IMG/VR virus record: IMGVR_UViG_3300028581_000003
Location: 1-50,167 of that record
Length of the DNA: 50,167 bases
Source of the DNA: a virus
Taxonomy: Duplodnaviria > Caudoviricetes
Reading direction: 5' to 3' (one strand)
A model generated the notes under the pieces. That model searched no databases. It was given only the letters and a program-made list of their open reading frames with translations, and was not told the origin of the DNA. This document shows, piece after piece, positions 27,175 to 35,959 of this stretch. The position numbers and the translations under genes are program-made. Each line of letters opens with the position of its first letter. The stretch's first letter is position 1.

Positions 27175-27351
27175 ATGGTAAACACAATGAAAACTTTACA
27201 AATCATAAGCTCCAAACCCGATGTTCAAATCCTTGGATTCGCAAATAAAAGTGGTTTAATAGTTCGGGGTCTAGAACTCATTTATAAAACTACGATGTCG
27301 ACATTTGGGAATTCGTCTACCCTGGTTAGGACAGGGGGCACCTTAAAATGA
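27175..27351 (+). CDS. Small hypothetical protein (58 aa, not in track)
   Basis: Leaderless ATG at canonical spacing; MVNTMKTLQII...FGNSSTLVRTGGTLK; ATGA overlap with next gene. Confidence 0.5.
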   Translation: MVNTMKTLQIISSKPDVQILGFANKSGLIVRGLELIYKTTMSTFGNSSTLVRTGGTLK

Positions 27352-27584
27352 CAAAAAAAATTATTAAGAGATACGGAACTTCAACAGTTCTGGTGTGGAC
27401 ATCAGAAGAAATGAATATGTATGATATTGAGCCCGGAAAAATTGCTGTTTTTGATAATTTAAGAGTAATTACAAAAAATGATCTTTCAAAAAGTGAATAT
27501 GCAGAGTTGTTAAAACAATCAACAAAAAGAGGTCCTCCTCTGGGCATTAAAAATAAATTTAATGAAAAACATAAAAACAAATGA
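27348..27584 (+). CDS. AbrB-like small DNA-binding protein
   Basis: IIKRYGTSTVLVWTSEEMNMYDIEPG resembles the AbrB swapped-hairpin pattern. Confidence 0.55.
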   Translation: MTKKIIKRYGTSTVLVWTSEEMNMYDIEPGKIAVFDNLRVITKNDLSKSEYAELLKQSTKRGPPLGIKNKFNEKHKNK

Positions 27585-27721
27585 AAACAAAAAAACAAAT
27601 TGAAGAACAAATAAAGATCGTTAAACAACATCAAATAACTTCAAAAAATATTGGAGATATAAGAAATGTTGATTTTCTCCAAGGAGTAATTAACCAATTA
27701 AATTGGGTGATTTCAAAATGA
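27581..27721 (+). CDS. Small hypothetical protein (46 aa, not in track)
   Basis: MKTKKQIEEQI...QGVINQLNWVISK; ATGA overlaps on both sides. Confidence 0.65.
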   Translation: MKTKKQIEEQIKIVKQHQITSKNIGDIRNVDFLQGVINQLNWVISK

Positions 27722-27879
27722 AAGATTGGATATATGTTTTGTGGGCAATCACATCAGGAGTATGTCTTTCATTTTCATTTTACGCTGTTTCTTCTTGGGT
27801 TAGTCTTTCTTGTCTAATTATAGGAACATTTCTTGTTTATACTCTGGGCGTTATAGTAGGATGGGAGACAATGAAATGA
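27718..27879 (+). CDS. Small two-TM membrane protein (53 aa, not in track)
   Basis: MKDWIYVLWAITSGVCLSFSF...; ATGA overlaps on both sides. Confidence 0.6.
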   Translation: MKDWIYVLWAITSGVCLSFSFYAVSSWVSLSCLIIGTFLVYTLGVIVGWETMK

Positions 27880-28799
27880 AAGAATTTCGTCCAATGCTCG
27901 CTCCTAATGACAAGGTCGATTTATCAACTATAAAATATCCTTTACTAGCATCAACAAAGTTAGATGGCATAAGAACAATTTTTATAAATGGAAAAATGCT
28001 TTCAAGAAGTCTGAAAGAAATTCCAAATAAACAATTGCAAGAAAAATTTCAACCGTTAAAAGACTTTAGTAAAGTGCATAATGTAATTCTTGATGGAGAA
28101 ATCTATGGACATGGTTTAACATTCCAACAGATCACACATTTTGTAATGACAGAGGATTTAGAACATGAACAATTGCCTAATGAACTAAAATTTAATTGTT
28201 TTGATTGTATTTATAAAGATCAAATCGATATGGAGTTTTGGACTAGAATCGTATATTGTAATAAACTAGAAATAGAATTTCCATTATTAGTTTTTACATT
28301 AATTCAACAAGAAGTTCGAAATCAACAAGACACAGAAGAATTATTTGAAAATGTATTAAAAGATGGATTTGAAGGTTTAATTCTAAAGAATCCACAATCT
28401 AAATATAAGTTTGGAAGAGCAACATTAAAATCTGGGGATATGTATAAAGTAAAACCATTCTTAACTTTTGATGCAAAGATCATAAGAGTCGAAGAAAGAA
28501 TGGAAAATACTTCAGAAAGTTATAAAAACGAATTAGGAGACTCACAAAAGCATCATTGTAAAGATGCAATGATTCCAACAGGAATTGCCGCATGTTTTGT
28601 AGTTAATTATGAAGGACAAGAACAAAAAGTTTGTTTGACAGGATTAGAAAGTTTTCGAAAAGAAATTTGGAATAACAAAGAAAATTATATTGGAAAAGAA
28701 ATTGAATTTAAAGGAATGTTAGTTGGAGCAAAAGATTTAGTAAGACATCCTACATTTATTCGATTTCGAAATGATAAAGATGGTAACGAAAAAGTTTGA
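27876..28799 (+). CDS. lig: Minimal ATP-dependent DNA ligase
   Basis: PMLA, KLDGIR (motif I), LDGEIY, FNCFD, EGLILK, KVK, RHPTFIRFR; start moved to MKEFR. Confidence 0.93.
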   Translation: MKEFRPMLAPNDKVDLSTIKYPLLASTKLDGIRTIFINGKMLSRSLKEIPNKQLQEKFQPLKDFSKVHNVILDGEIYGHGLTFQQITHFVMTEDLEHEQLPNELKFNCFDCIYKDQIDMEFWTRIVYCNKLEIEFPLLVFTLIQQEVRNQQDTEELFENVLKDGFEGLILKNPQSKYKFGRATLKSGDMYKVKPFLTFDAKIIRVEERMENTSESYKNELGDSQKHHCKDAMIPTGIAACFVVNYEGQEQKVCLTGLESFRKEIWNNKENYIGKEIEFKGMLVGAKDLVRHPTFIRFRNDKDGNEKV

Positions 28800-28980
28800 A
28801 TGCTTTCATTGCAAGAGAATGATGAGATTACGAGCTCTTGTAAAAATCGGAAATGTTAGAGCTTGTCGAGAATGTCTTTATCATTCTTCAAGAGGAATTC
28901 CTTTAAAAATAAGGAGCAAAAAGAAAATAATTAAAAAAAAGAGGGAGAGTGATATGGATGAAGAGATTTCTTTCGCCTGA
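28780..28980 (+). CDS. Small Zn-finger basic protein
   Basis: CFHC...CREC. Confidence 0.55.
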   Translation: MVTKKFECFHCKRMMRLRALVKIGNVRACRECLYHSSRGIPLKIRSKKKIIKKKRESDMDEEISFA

Positions 28981-29158
28981 CGAAAAAAGAATGATAATAT
29001 ATAAGCATATTCAAAACGGGTATACTGCAAGTGAAGCAAGACAGAAAATGGAAGATGATTGCAAAGCTATTTCGGATATAACCAAGAAAGAACGAGTTAA
29101 TAGAATGACCAAACGAAAGAATACCAATAATGATAAATTTTTAGAGGGATTAAAATGA
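28958..29158 (+). CDS. Hypothetical protein
   Basis: Overlapping operon gene; start uncertain. Confidence 0.6.
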   Translation: MKRFLSPDEKRMIIYKHIQNGYTASEARQKMEDDCKAISDITKKERVNRMTKRKNTNNDKFLEGLK

Positions 29159-29604
29159 GAAGTGAAATAGAATCTTTCAAGATAAAAGAAAGTCAAACTG
29201 TTTTCGATTGGAAAGCAAATAAAAGGTCGTATTCTTCTCCGAATAAATATGGAAATTATGCTGTGAGAATAAAAAGAACCAAGCACAAAGATGGCACATA
29301 TTACTCTGCCAACTTATATTTTAGCAAACAATTTCGAAGAGTTTTCAATTCCGGACATTTTGTTGAATTATTTTTCTCTAAAGTAGAAAAGCAAGAATAT
29401 CTTGGGATAAGATTTCTAAAAATTTCTTCTGACGACTCTTACAAAGTATCTTGTGGAACAAAAAGACACGATGGTATTGTTACAAAAGCTTTGGCTCCAT
29501 ACAACGAGCATGTTTATAAAGAAACTGAGCTAGAAATGGATGTTAAGAATAACATGATTGTATTAAAAATAGAAAAAGCAAAGGAGGAAAAATGCAAAAG
29601 CTAG
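29155..29604 (+). CDS. Hypothetical protein
   Basis: ATGA overlap, 149 aa. Confidence 0.7.
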   Translation: MRSEIESFKIKESQTVFDWKANKRSYSSPNKYGNYAVRIKRTKHKDGTYYSANLYFSKQFRRVFNSGHFVELFFSKVEKQEYLGIRFLKISSDDSYKVSCGTKRHDGIVTKALAPYNEHVYKETELEMDVKNNMIVLKIEKAKEEKCKS

Positions 29605-29849
29605 GAGCTCTTGCTCGTCCAAAAGGAGTTGGCTGGATTAAAGTATTTGACTGCAAGTCTAGAAAGCATGTTCATTTTTGTTGGAGAATTGTTAAGAGAA
29701 AAAATTATCTTTTGTATATAAGAAAGGTAGGTGGACTTTCGAAAAAAATTCCTTATGAACTTTGGTGCAAGAAGCCCGATCATGATGAAATTCCCATTCA
29801 AGAGCTAAATAGCTTAATCGAGGAGGTTACTTCCAAGAGGAAGATATGA
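29592..29849 (+). CDS. Hypothetical basic protein
   Basis: AGGAGG SD. Confidence 0.6.
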   Translation: MQKLGALARPKGVGWIKVFDCKSRKHVHFCWRIVKRKNYLLYIRKVGGLSKKIPYELWCKKPDHDEIPIQELNSLIEEVTSKRKI

Positions 29850-29971
29850 GCTTTTTGACTTGTGAACCTCATTTTCATTTCACAAGTGCTAATTGAAAAC
29901 AATGCAAACTCATCATGAAGGGTTAATGAAGAAGATGGATAAATACATCTTTGGAGATCCTTGCTCTTGAT

Positions 29972-29995
29972 AAATTTCTTTATTTAAAGAAATTT
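29972..29995. repeat. 11-bp inverted repeat between convergent genes, next to the recombinase 3' end
   Basis: AAATTTCTTTA-tt-TAAAGAAATTT. Confidence 0.6.
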
Positions 29996-30007
29996 CAACT
30001 TTTGAAA

Positions 30008-30745
30008 TTAAATAAAAGTATCGCCATAGATTTGTCGAATTTGTTCTTTTTCTTTCGGAGTAAATGAATCTGATTGGGAATAATGTTCATATTGTGTAAT
30101 TAAGTTATGTCCAAATCGGGTAGATAATTTCATACTATCAACTCCAATCGACAATGCCCAATTCTCAGACGTTTTTCTTATACTATGAATTGATAACATT
30201 TTATAGTCTTTTACTTTTGCTTTTTCTAGGGCTTTCTTTAAAGCTTTATGTGCGGCAGGTTGTGAAAGTAATCCTAATTCATTTTCTCTATTTAGATTAT
30301 TGTCATTAATTACTTTTCGAAGATCTTTGATCAATTCTCTAGATACACGAATTGTTCTGGTTTTACTTTTATTTTGTATATTGTCGCCATGTCTTCTTTT
30401 AGTTACTTTAAGAACTAATCTTTGATTTGGAAAGTCGATGTCTTCTACTTTAATGTGTTGAGCTTCATTAATTCTGGCACCAGTTAATAATAAGACTTTG
30501 AATGTGAAAACCTGATGCTCTTTTAGATTAGAAAGTAAATTGAACCATTCATCGGGATTAAGTATTCTATCACGATTTGATCTTACACTATATTCTCTTC
30601 CATCCGATTTGATTCCTATTGCTACTTCTTCATTTGAGAAGTCAAGAAAGAGTTTAGTCTTTCCACATTCACAAATTAACTCATTATCTTTTCTGAGCCA
30701 AACATGTTTGTGTGTCGTATCCATTTGTTGTGTTAAAGAATTCAA
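30008..30745 (-). CDS. Tyrosine recombinase/integrase (catalytic domain, short N-terminus)
   Basis: TGARINE (R), KVTK (K), HSIR (HxxR), FGH, EHY (Y). Confidence 0.9.
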   Translation of the reverse strand: MNSLTQQMDTTHKHVWLRKDNELICECGKTKLFLDFSNEEVAIGIKSDGREYSVRSNRDRILNPDEWFNLLSNLKEHQVFTFKVLLLTGARINEAQHIKVEDIDFPNQRLVLKVTKRRHGDNIQNKSKTRTIRVSRELIKDLRKVINDNNLNRENELGLLSQPAAHKALKKALEKAKVKDYKMLSIHSIRKTSENWALSIGVDSMKLSTRFGHNLITQYEHYSQSDSFTPKEKEQIRQIYGDTFI

Positions 30746-30989
30746 AAACGTCCTTTATTCAATAGAACTCCTATAGAACTTGAATTCTTTTATACTAAAA
30801 GAATAACACATTATCTTTATAAATTTTTCCTTTGCAGGCTATTACCTTATATATAATTCTTATTTTGCCCTTTCATTATTAAATGTTTTCAAATATGGAG
30901 ATAATACTTTTTTCAATTATATAATTATAATTATATAATTATAATTTTGTGAAAAACTTTAAAAACATAATATATTATAATATAATGAA

Positions 30990-31244
30990 ATGGCAGAACC
31001 AAAATTTCCAAAAACTCTCGAACAATTCAATTCTTTTCAAATGTATATTCGTGAAGAATTTAAACCTATTTTCAAGAGATGGTGGAAACTTGTTCAAACC
31101 GATCCTAATTTTATAAGTATGATGGTGAAGCCCGGTGCAGGACTAGCTAGTATTGCTTTGCAAGATCACATCTTCAAATATGTAGTTGAAAAAGACCCCG
31201 ACTTTATTCGTAACTTAAGGAGCCAAAATGCACAATCCACTTAA
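30990..31244 (+). CDS. Hypothetical protein
   Basis: First gene of ATPase operon after an AT-rich promoter. Confidence 0.65.
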   Translation: MAEPKFPKTLEQFNSFQMYIREEFKPIFKRWWKLVQTDPNFISMMVKPGAGLASIALQDHIFKYVVEKDPDFIRNLRSQNAQST

Positions 31245-31431
31245 AGGAATCAAAGACATCGTAAACAAGAACTTTTCAATCTTCTTAATTTGGATGCTTT
31301 CTTTCTTGTGTCTTCTGGAAGCTTTCATTGTTGACCAGACAGTTTACACATTTGGACTTATTTTGTTCTTCTATGTCTGTTATCAAATTAAAAAAATCAT
31401 AAGCTTTGAAAGAGCCAAAGAGAATAAATGA
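31228..31431 (+). CDS. Small two-TM protein
   Basis: AAGGAG SD, hydrophobic. Confidence 0.65.
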   Translation: MHNPLKGIKDIVNKNFSIFLIWMLSFLCLLEAFIVDQTVYTFGLILFFYVCYQIKKIISFERAKENK

Positions 31432-31622
31432 AAAAATATAAAAAAGAACTCATTTCCCTAGACAACTCTGAACTTATAGGAGTTGCTTTATTGGGACTTT
31501 TGGGCATGGTTTTTTCTTATTATGGAAATAGCTTATTTTATACAGGATTGAGTTTTTTCTTGATTTTAATCTTAGTTCATGCACCTAGTCAGAACAGGAG
31601 ACACATTTATGAAGCCGATTAA
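31428..31622 (+). CDS. Small two-TM protein
   Basis: Hydrophobic, overlapping neighbours. Confidence 0.6.
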   Translation: MKKYKKELISLDNSELIGVALLGLLGMVFSYYGNSLFYTGLSFFLILILVHAPSQNRRHIYEAD

Positions 31623-32082
31623 ATTAATGATAAAGAAAGGTGGTCCTTTCGGCTATTCTTGGTATAGACATGTTGAAGTTCCAGGAGGAAGACTGTTAAT
31701 CGATGAAACCTCGTCTATAAAAACAGAAGGACAACTAGCAAACTTAATTAGCAAGAAGTGGGGACAAGGAAGATATCAAATACTAGCTTGGCAAGGGGGA
31801 TATGAAGGATTCTGGCTATTTTGGCTTGGAGAAATAGGAGAGAATGGCTTCTTAAGAGAAAAGAATGTCAACAAAGACTTGAAAAAAGCCAAAGAAGAGT
31901 ATCAAAAGCGAATGACAGAAGTCGAAACTTATGAAGAAAAAAAAGAATTGGTCGAAGAGATGGAAGACGATTTAAGCTTTGAAAGAGAGTTTGCAAAAGA
32001 CACAAAATCTTCTAAAAGAAGAGGTCCAATGGGAATTAAAACAAACCGTCCTGGAGAATGGCATAGATTTGAGGAGTATTAA
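31609..32082 (+). CDS. Hypothetical protein upstream of ATPase
   Basis: AGGAG SD before MKPIK; Trp/Gly-rich N-terminal domain and coiled coil. Confidence 0.7.
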   Translation: MKPIKLMIKKGGPFGYSWYRHVEVPGGRLLIDETSSIKTEGQLANLISKKWGQGRYQILAWQGGYEGFWLFWLGEIGENGFLREKNVNKDLKKAKEEYQKRMTEVETYEEKKELVEEMEDDLSFEREFAKDTKSSKRRGPMGIKTNRPGEWHRFEEY

Positions 32083-33530
32083 TGGTTAAGAAATTCTTTA
32101 AAACAACTCCTTTGAAGACTTATTATCCAAATTCAGATTTAGAAGGTCCGATTTTCATTTTTGGTCGTATGGGTGGCGGTAAATCTGTCTCTGCAAAATC
32201 AATAATTGAAGGTTTTCATGACAACAAAGGATATAAGGTTTGGGATTTGTATGGTGGAGAAAGAAATGAGGGATTATATTGGACAACTCCTTCCACTGAA
32301 AAGACTTATTGGGACAAGCTTAAAATACTTGCAAAGTTTTCTGAAGAATTTCCAAAACAATATAAAGTAAACATGTTATATCCTTATTTTGAAAGTGGAG
32401 CTGTAAAAAAGCTTCCAATAAAGAAAGTTGGAGAAGAATTTGTTGTTAATTCAAAGTATTTTACGATATCCATTAAAGACATAACAGTAGATGACATAAA
32501 AATGGTCATTGGAAATCCTTCAGAGAACTCTAAATTTCATTGGGAAGAATTGCAAAACAAATTGGATAAACACGACAATGTTCAAGCTTTGGATTATTAC
32601 TCAGAAAAACAAAAGTGTGATACAACTATTCTTTATAAAAACTTTATTCTTCCAATGATCAGAGAAAGGTTTTTGCAAAGTGAATATTGTTCTACGAACA
32701 TTGATTTAATATCAGAAGCTAAAAATCAAGAAGCAATAACTGTGCTGTGCTTAGATTTTGTTCCTGAAAAGTTTCATCTATTCGTGATTAATTATTTTTG
32801 CAGTCGTTTGTCTGACTTAATTGATGACAATAAAATTCCCAAAAAGAATATTGGATTTATTAGAGAAGCAGCGACATTCTTTAGAGCGACAGATGATGCA
32901 GTCATAGAAGACAGATTGAAAATTTTCAAAAGCAACATGGCTCATTATATACGAATGGGACGTCGTGGTTTCTATTTTTGTCTCGATTGTCAGAGTCCAT
33001 ATGAAGTAAAAGGATTAGTTGAAGGAGCATCTGATTATGTTATGATGTTTAGGACTTCGTCTACAAGAGACAAAGATGAAATGTGTGCTGAACTTATAAA
33101 AACAGGGCGTATGTTAAGAGCACAAGCAAATGAATTGGATATGCTTGAAAAAGGACAGTGTTTTATTGCTGAATCAGGAGCTCCTATAGTTAGAAAAGTT
33201 CAGGTCATATTGCCAAGATCTGCGTTTTGGAAAAAAGAATTTCCTAATTTTTATAAAACCTTTTGGGAAAGTCATGGTGGTGATTGGAAAGTGGTAACAG
33301 AAACAATGGACATGATTGAAGAAGAAACGAAAAAGATTAAAGAAAAATATAAGCAGAAAAGAGAAGAAGAAAGCCAAAAGAAAAAGAATTTAAAAGAAGA
33401 ATACGGAGATGATTCAATGGCTGAAGAAACAGAAGGAGAAGAAGTTGAAACTGAAAACAGTGAAGTTCCAGAAGCAAAAATAATGCCACCTGTTATGAGC
33501 ATGAAAGACTTTTTTGGAGGAAGAAGATGA
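32082..33530 (+). CDS. FtsK/HerA-superfamily P-loop ATPase (putative genome packaging/extrusion ATPase)
   Basis: Walker A GRMGGGKS; Walker B FIREA; arginine-finger-like RMGRRG; conserved Gln in LDCQS; acidic tail. Confidence 0.8.
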   Translation: MVKKFFKTTPLKTYYPNSDLEGPIFIFGRMGGGKSVSAKSIIEGFHDNKGYKVWDLYGGERNEGLYWTTPSTEKTYWDKLKILAKFSEEFPKQYKVNMLYPYFESGAVKKLPIKKVGEEFVVNSKYFTISIKDITVDDIKMVIGNPSENSKFHWEELQNKLDKHDNVQALDYYSEKQKCDTTILYKNFILPMIRERFLQSEYCSTNIDLISEAKNQEAITVLCLDFVPEKFHLFVINYFCSRLSDLIDDNKIPKKNIGFIREAATFFRATDDAVIEDRLKIFKSNMAHYIRMGRRGFYFCLDCQSPYEVKGLVEGASDYVMMFRTSSTRDKDEMCAELIKTGRMLRAQANELDMLEKGQCFIAESGAPIVRKVQVILPRSAFWKKEFPNFYKTFWESHGGDWKVVTETMDMIEEETKKIKEKYKQKREEESQKKKNLKEEYGDDSMAEETEGEEVETENSEVPEAKIMPPVMSMKDFFGGRR

Positions 33531-34003
33531 TTGATTTTAAAAAGTTTTCACAAGCAGAATTTGACTCTTTCAAAGAGCTAGCACAAAAAGTTTTTGAAAA
33601 ATCTCCCATGGAAAGAGATTTCTATCTATTTGATCAAAAGTCAGAAGCATCTGCAAAAATTTATTGCTTTGGAGTTAGAGCTTTAATCAATGTCTTTAAT
33701 TGCACAGAAAATAGTGATTTGAAGGCAGAAATTGAAAGAGAAATTAAAGCCAATGAAGCAACATTCAAAAGCATATCGGACTTGTTAAACTTAATAGACA
33801 AAGCCAATCTTTTTCAGAAGATAAGAATACGAAAACTTTTTCACCTAACTCACAAAAAAGAAGTTTTGGAAGTAATAGACTTGGTTGGATTGCTTGTTGA
33901 AAAGACAAGATTGATTGACACTTCTTTATTCAGAGGAGTATTATATGAAGGAAAGAGCAAAGAAGCTTTTGACAAGATTAATCAGGAGTTTGAACATGTT
34001 TAA
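33527..34003 (+). CDS. Hypothetical protein
   Basis: GGAGG SD, ATGA overlap. Confidence 0.7.
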   Translation: MIDFKKFSQAEFDSFKELAQKVFEKSPMERDFYLFDQKSEASAKIYCFGVRALINVFNCTENSDLKAEIEREIKANEATFKSISDLLNLIDKANLFQKIRIRKLFHLTHKKEVLEVIDLVGLLVEKTRLIDTSLFRGVLYEGKSKEAFDKINQEFEHV

Positions 34004-34385
34004 AGACAAGCAGAAAGATATTTATTTTTTCTCGGTTTGTTTACTTGTCTTGCTTTTATTAACTCTCGGAGACATTCTTTCAACTTATCTGGCTCTAAGT
34101 GTAGGAGCTCAAGAAGGAAATCCAATAATCGCAAAATACTTTGATGATTATGGATTAGAACTTGGATTGATACCAATGTTTTTTCTTCAAGTTAAAACAC
34201 ACTTAATTGTTTTGATTTTGCCTCATTTAATTAATCTCTTGTATGTTTATTTACGAAGAAGTCATCTAGAATATCATGATAGAAAATGGATTCATATTTG
34301 TCAAATAGTTATTGTCTTGCTTGGAATTTATACATTTGTTCCAACCATAATAAACAATTTTAGAATATTTTTTTCGTATTTATAA
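33996..34385 (+). CDS. DUF5658-like membrane protein
   Basis: DILSTYLAL..GAQEGNP motif, multiple TMs, terminal NN; AGGAG SD. Confidence 0.65.
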   Translation: MFKDKQKDIYFFSVCLLVLLLLTLGDILSTYLALSVGAQEGNPIIAKYFDDYGLELGLIPMFFLQVKTHLIVLILPHLINLLYVYLRRSHLEYHDRKWIHICQIVIVLLGIYTFVPTIINNFRIFFSYL

Positions 34386-34455
34386 CAGATGCTGGATTTG
34401 AACCAGACTTCAAGGTTATGAGCCTTGTGTGCTTGCCAGATTACACCACACTGTT
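34383..34455 (-). tRNA. tRNA with CAT anticodon (Met or Ile2), atypical acceptor/T-stem junction
   Basis: AACAGTG TG GTGT-AATCTGGCAA-GCAC A CAAGG-CTCATAA-CCTTG AAGT CTGG-TTCAAAT-CCAG CATCTGTT A; no encoded CCA. Confidence 0.85.
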
Positions 34456-34465
34456 TTGATTTATG

Positions 34466-34506
34466 AAAAAAAGAAAAAAAGAGAGCAAGGCAATCCTTGA
34501 CTCTCT
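34466..34506 (-). terminator. Hairpin plus U-tract after the candidate major virion protein gene
   Basis: AGAGAGtCAAGG-attg-CCTTGCTCTCT followed by ~14 T on the minus strand. Confidence 0.7.
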
Positions 34507-34538
34507 AGACTTTTATAAACACACTAAATTTAGGGAAT

Positions 34539-35432
34539 TTAAGCGTTTATGAAGAAGTCGTAATCAGCTGTGAACTCGTATTTTGTATCTCCGTTCGAGT
34601 TTTCAATTGCAGATTCTAAGAACGCTCCGTTCTTGTCAACAGCAGATTGAGAACCATATACAGTTGTATAAACAGCACCAGTTACAGTTTTATCTGTCTT
34701 AGCTGAAATATCTAAAGTATATTCACTTTGAACACCATTCAATTTAGCTGGTATTAAAAATGCCTTTGTATAAGGAGAAGACAATGTATTAGCATAGAAG
34801 CTTGGCATATCTACTTCAACTAATTCCTTGCCACTAGCATCAGTTACAATAACGTCAGAGACATTTTGAACAGAGGATAGTTCGACAACGAAAATTAAGT
34901 CGGAAGTTGATTTCTTAGAAGCTCCTTTGATTCTTAATGTAGCAGTTTCACTTGAACCAGCTCCAAGAGCAGTTAAGTTAGCAGCTCCACCAGTAGCAGC
35001 ATCTGTTAATGTAGTAGAGTCCTCCAATATTGTTATTGTAGGAGCAGCAGTAGCATATACTTCTGCATATCTATTGTTTGCTTTACATTCGACAGTAAAA
35101 GATTCAAGAGCAGTATCAATATAATTTGATGCGTTTACAAGAATTTCTACTTTATCGCCTTTAGCAGGATTTGTATATGTATATCCTAAGTATTTACCAT
35201 TAACTCTATAAGCTGAGCCAACAGAAACTGTTGTATCGGGGCTTAAAGCGTCAGTAGCAACTACACTCACAGTTGGTGCAACTTGACATCCATCATCTAT
35301 TACGTCGATAGGATTTCCTTCTTCGTCGATCATGGTTTCTTTTACTCCGAATGTTCCGTAAGCTATAGAGCCCGCGATAACAATTCCGATAAGCAAAAAT
35401 GCCATTATTGTCCAATTAATTTGTTTAGCCAT
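34539..35432 (-). CDS. Candidate major virion/envelope protein
   Basis: N-terminal TM/signal, Ala/Thr/Val-rich beta domain, frequent GCT/AAC/TTC codons, own promoter, GAGGT SD and terminator. Confidence 0.6.
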   Translation of the reverse strand: MAKQINWTIMAFLLIGIVIAGSIAYGTFGVKETMIDEEGNPIDVIDDGCQVAPTVSVVATDALSPDTTVSVGSAYRVNGKYLGYTYTNPAKGDKVEILVNASNYIDTALESFTVECKANNRYAEVYATAAPTITILEDSTTLTDAATGGAANLTALGAGSSETATLRIKGASKKSTSDLIFVVELSSVQNVSDVIVTDASGKELVEVDMPSFYANTLSSPYTKAFLIPAKLNGVQSEYTLDISAKTDKTVTGAVYTTVYGSQSAVDKNGAFLESAIENSNGDTKYEFTADYDFFINA

Positions 35433-35626
35433 AATTTATTTAAAAAAAACCTCTTTTCACTCACAGTATTTGTTTTGAGAGCTCTTGTGTGTGCTCTATG
35501 ATTTTTGTTCATAAGATATTATATATTAAAGGCATTATAAATATTTATAAAAAAAGATTATGCAATTTATTTTTTAAATTATAGCATAATAAAAATATTT
35601 AAAAAGATAAAAGAGCACATAATATC

Positions 35627-35959
35627 ATGAAAAAAGACAATGATTTAATGTCCAATGCCCAGATTATGGATTTGAGTCTAAAAGAAATTGATTATCTTAT
35701 CAAAATATTTTTTCTCAAAATGTCAGAGTTTAATCAAACTGATTTGTCAAAAAGATTGCAAATAAGCAGAGGTCATCCTATATTGCAAAAGATTATGGCG
35801 ATTCTAACAAAGAAAAATATAGTTTCTTATAGAAATTCAATTGGATCTTGTAAATTTTATCTTTTGAACAATAGAAAACTCAGAGAATTTATTCTAGAGC
35901 AAAATAAATTGAAGCTTTGGATAGATATAATGCCTTCAAAGTTTGATATTGTAAAATGA
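35627..35959 (+). CDS. Winged helix-turn-helix protein
   Basis: FNQTDLSKRLQISR...L...NIV...IGSCKFYLLN wHTH pattern; divergent from virion protein gene. Confidence 0.75.
   Translation: MKKDNDLMSNAQIMDLSLKEIDYLIKIFFLKMSEFNQTDLSKRLQISRGHPILQKIMAILTKKNIVSYRNSIGSCKFYLLNNRKLREFILEQNKLKLWIDIMPSKFDIVK

Noticed and set aside
30915-30946. Pure-AT 14-bp tandem and palindromic repeat as an attP or origin
   Set aside because: Low complexity within an AT-rich promoter region; no independent support
32082-33530. Terminase large subunit
   Set aside because: Motif order fits FtsK/HerA; no RNase H-like nuclease domain or adjacent portal recognised
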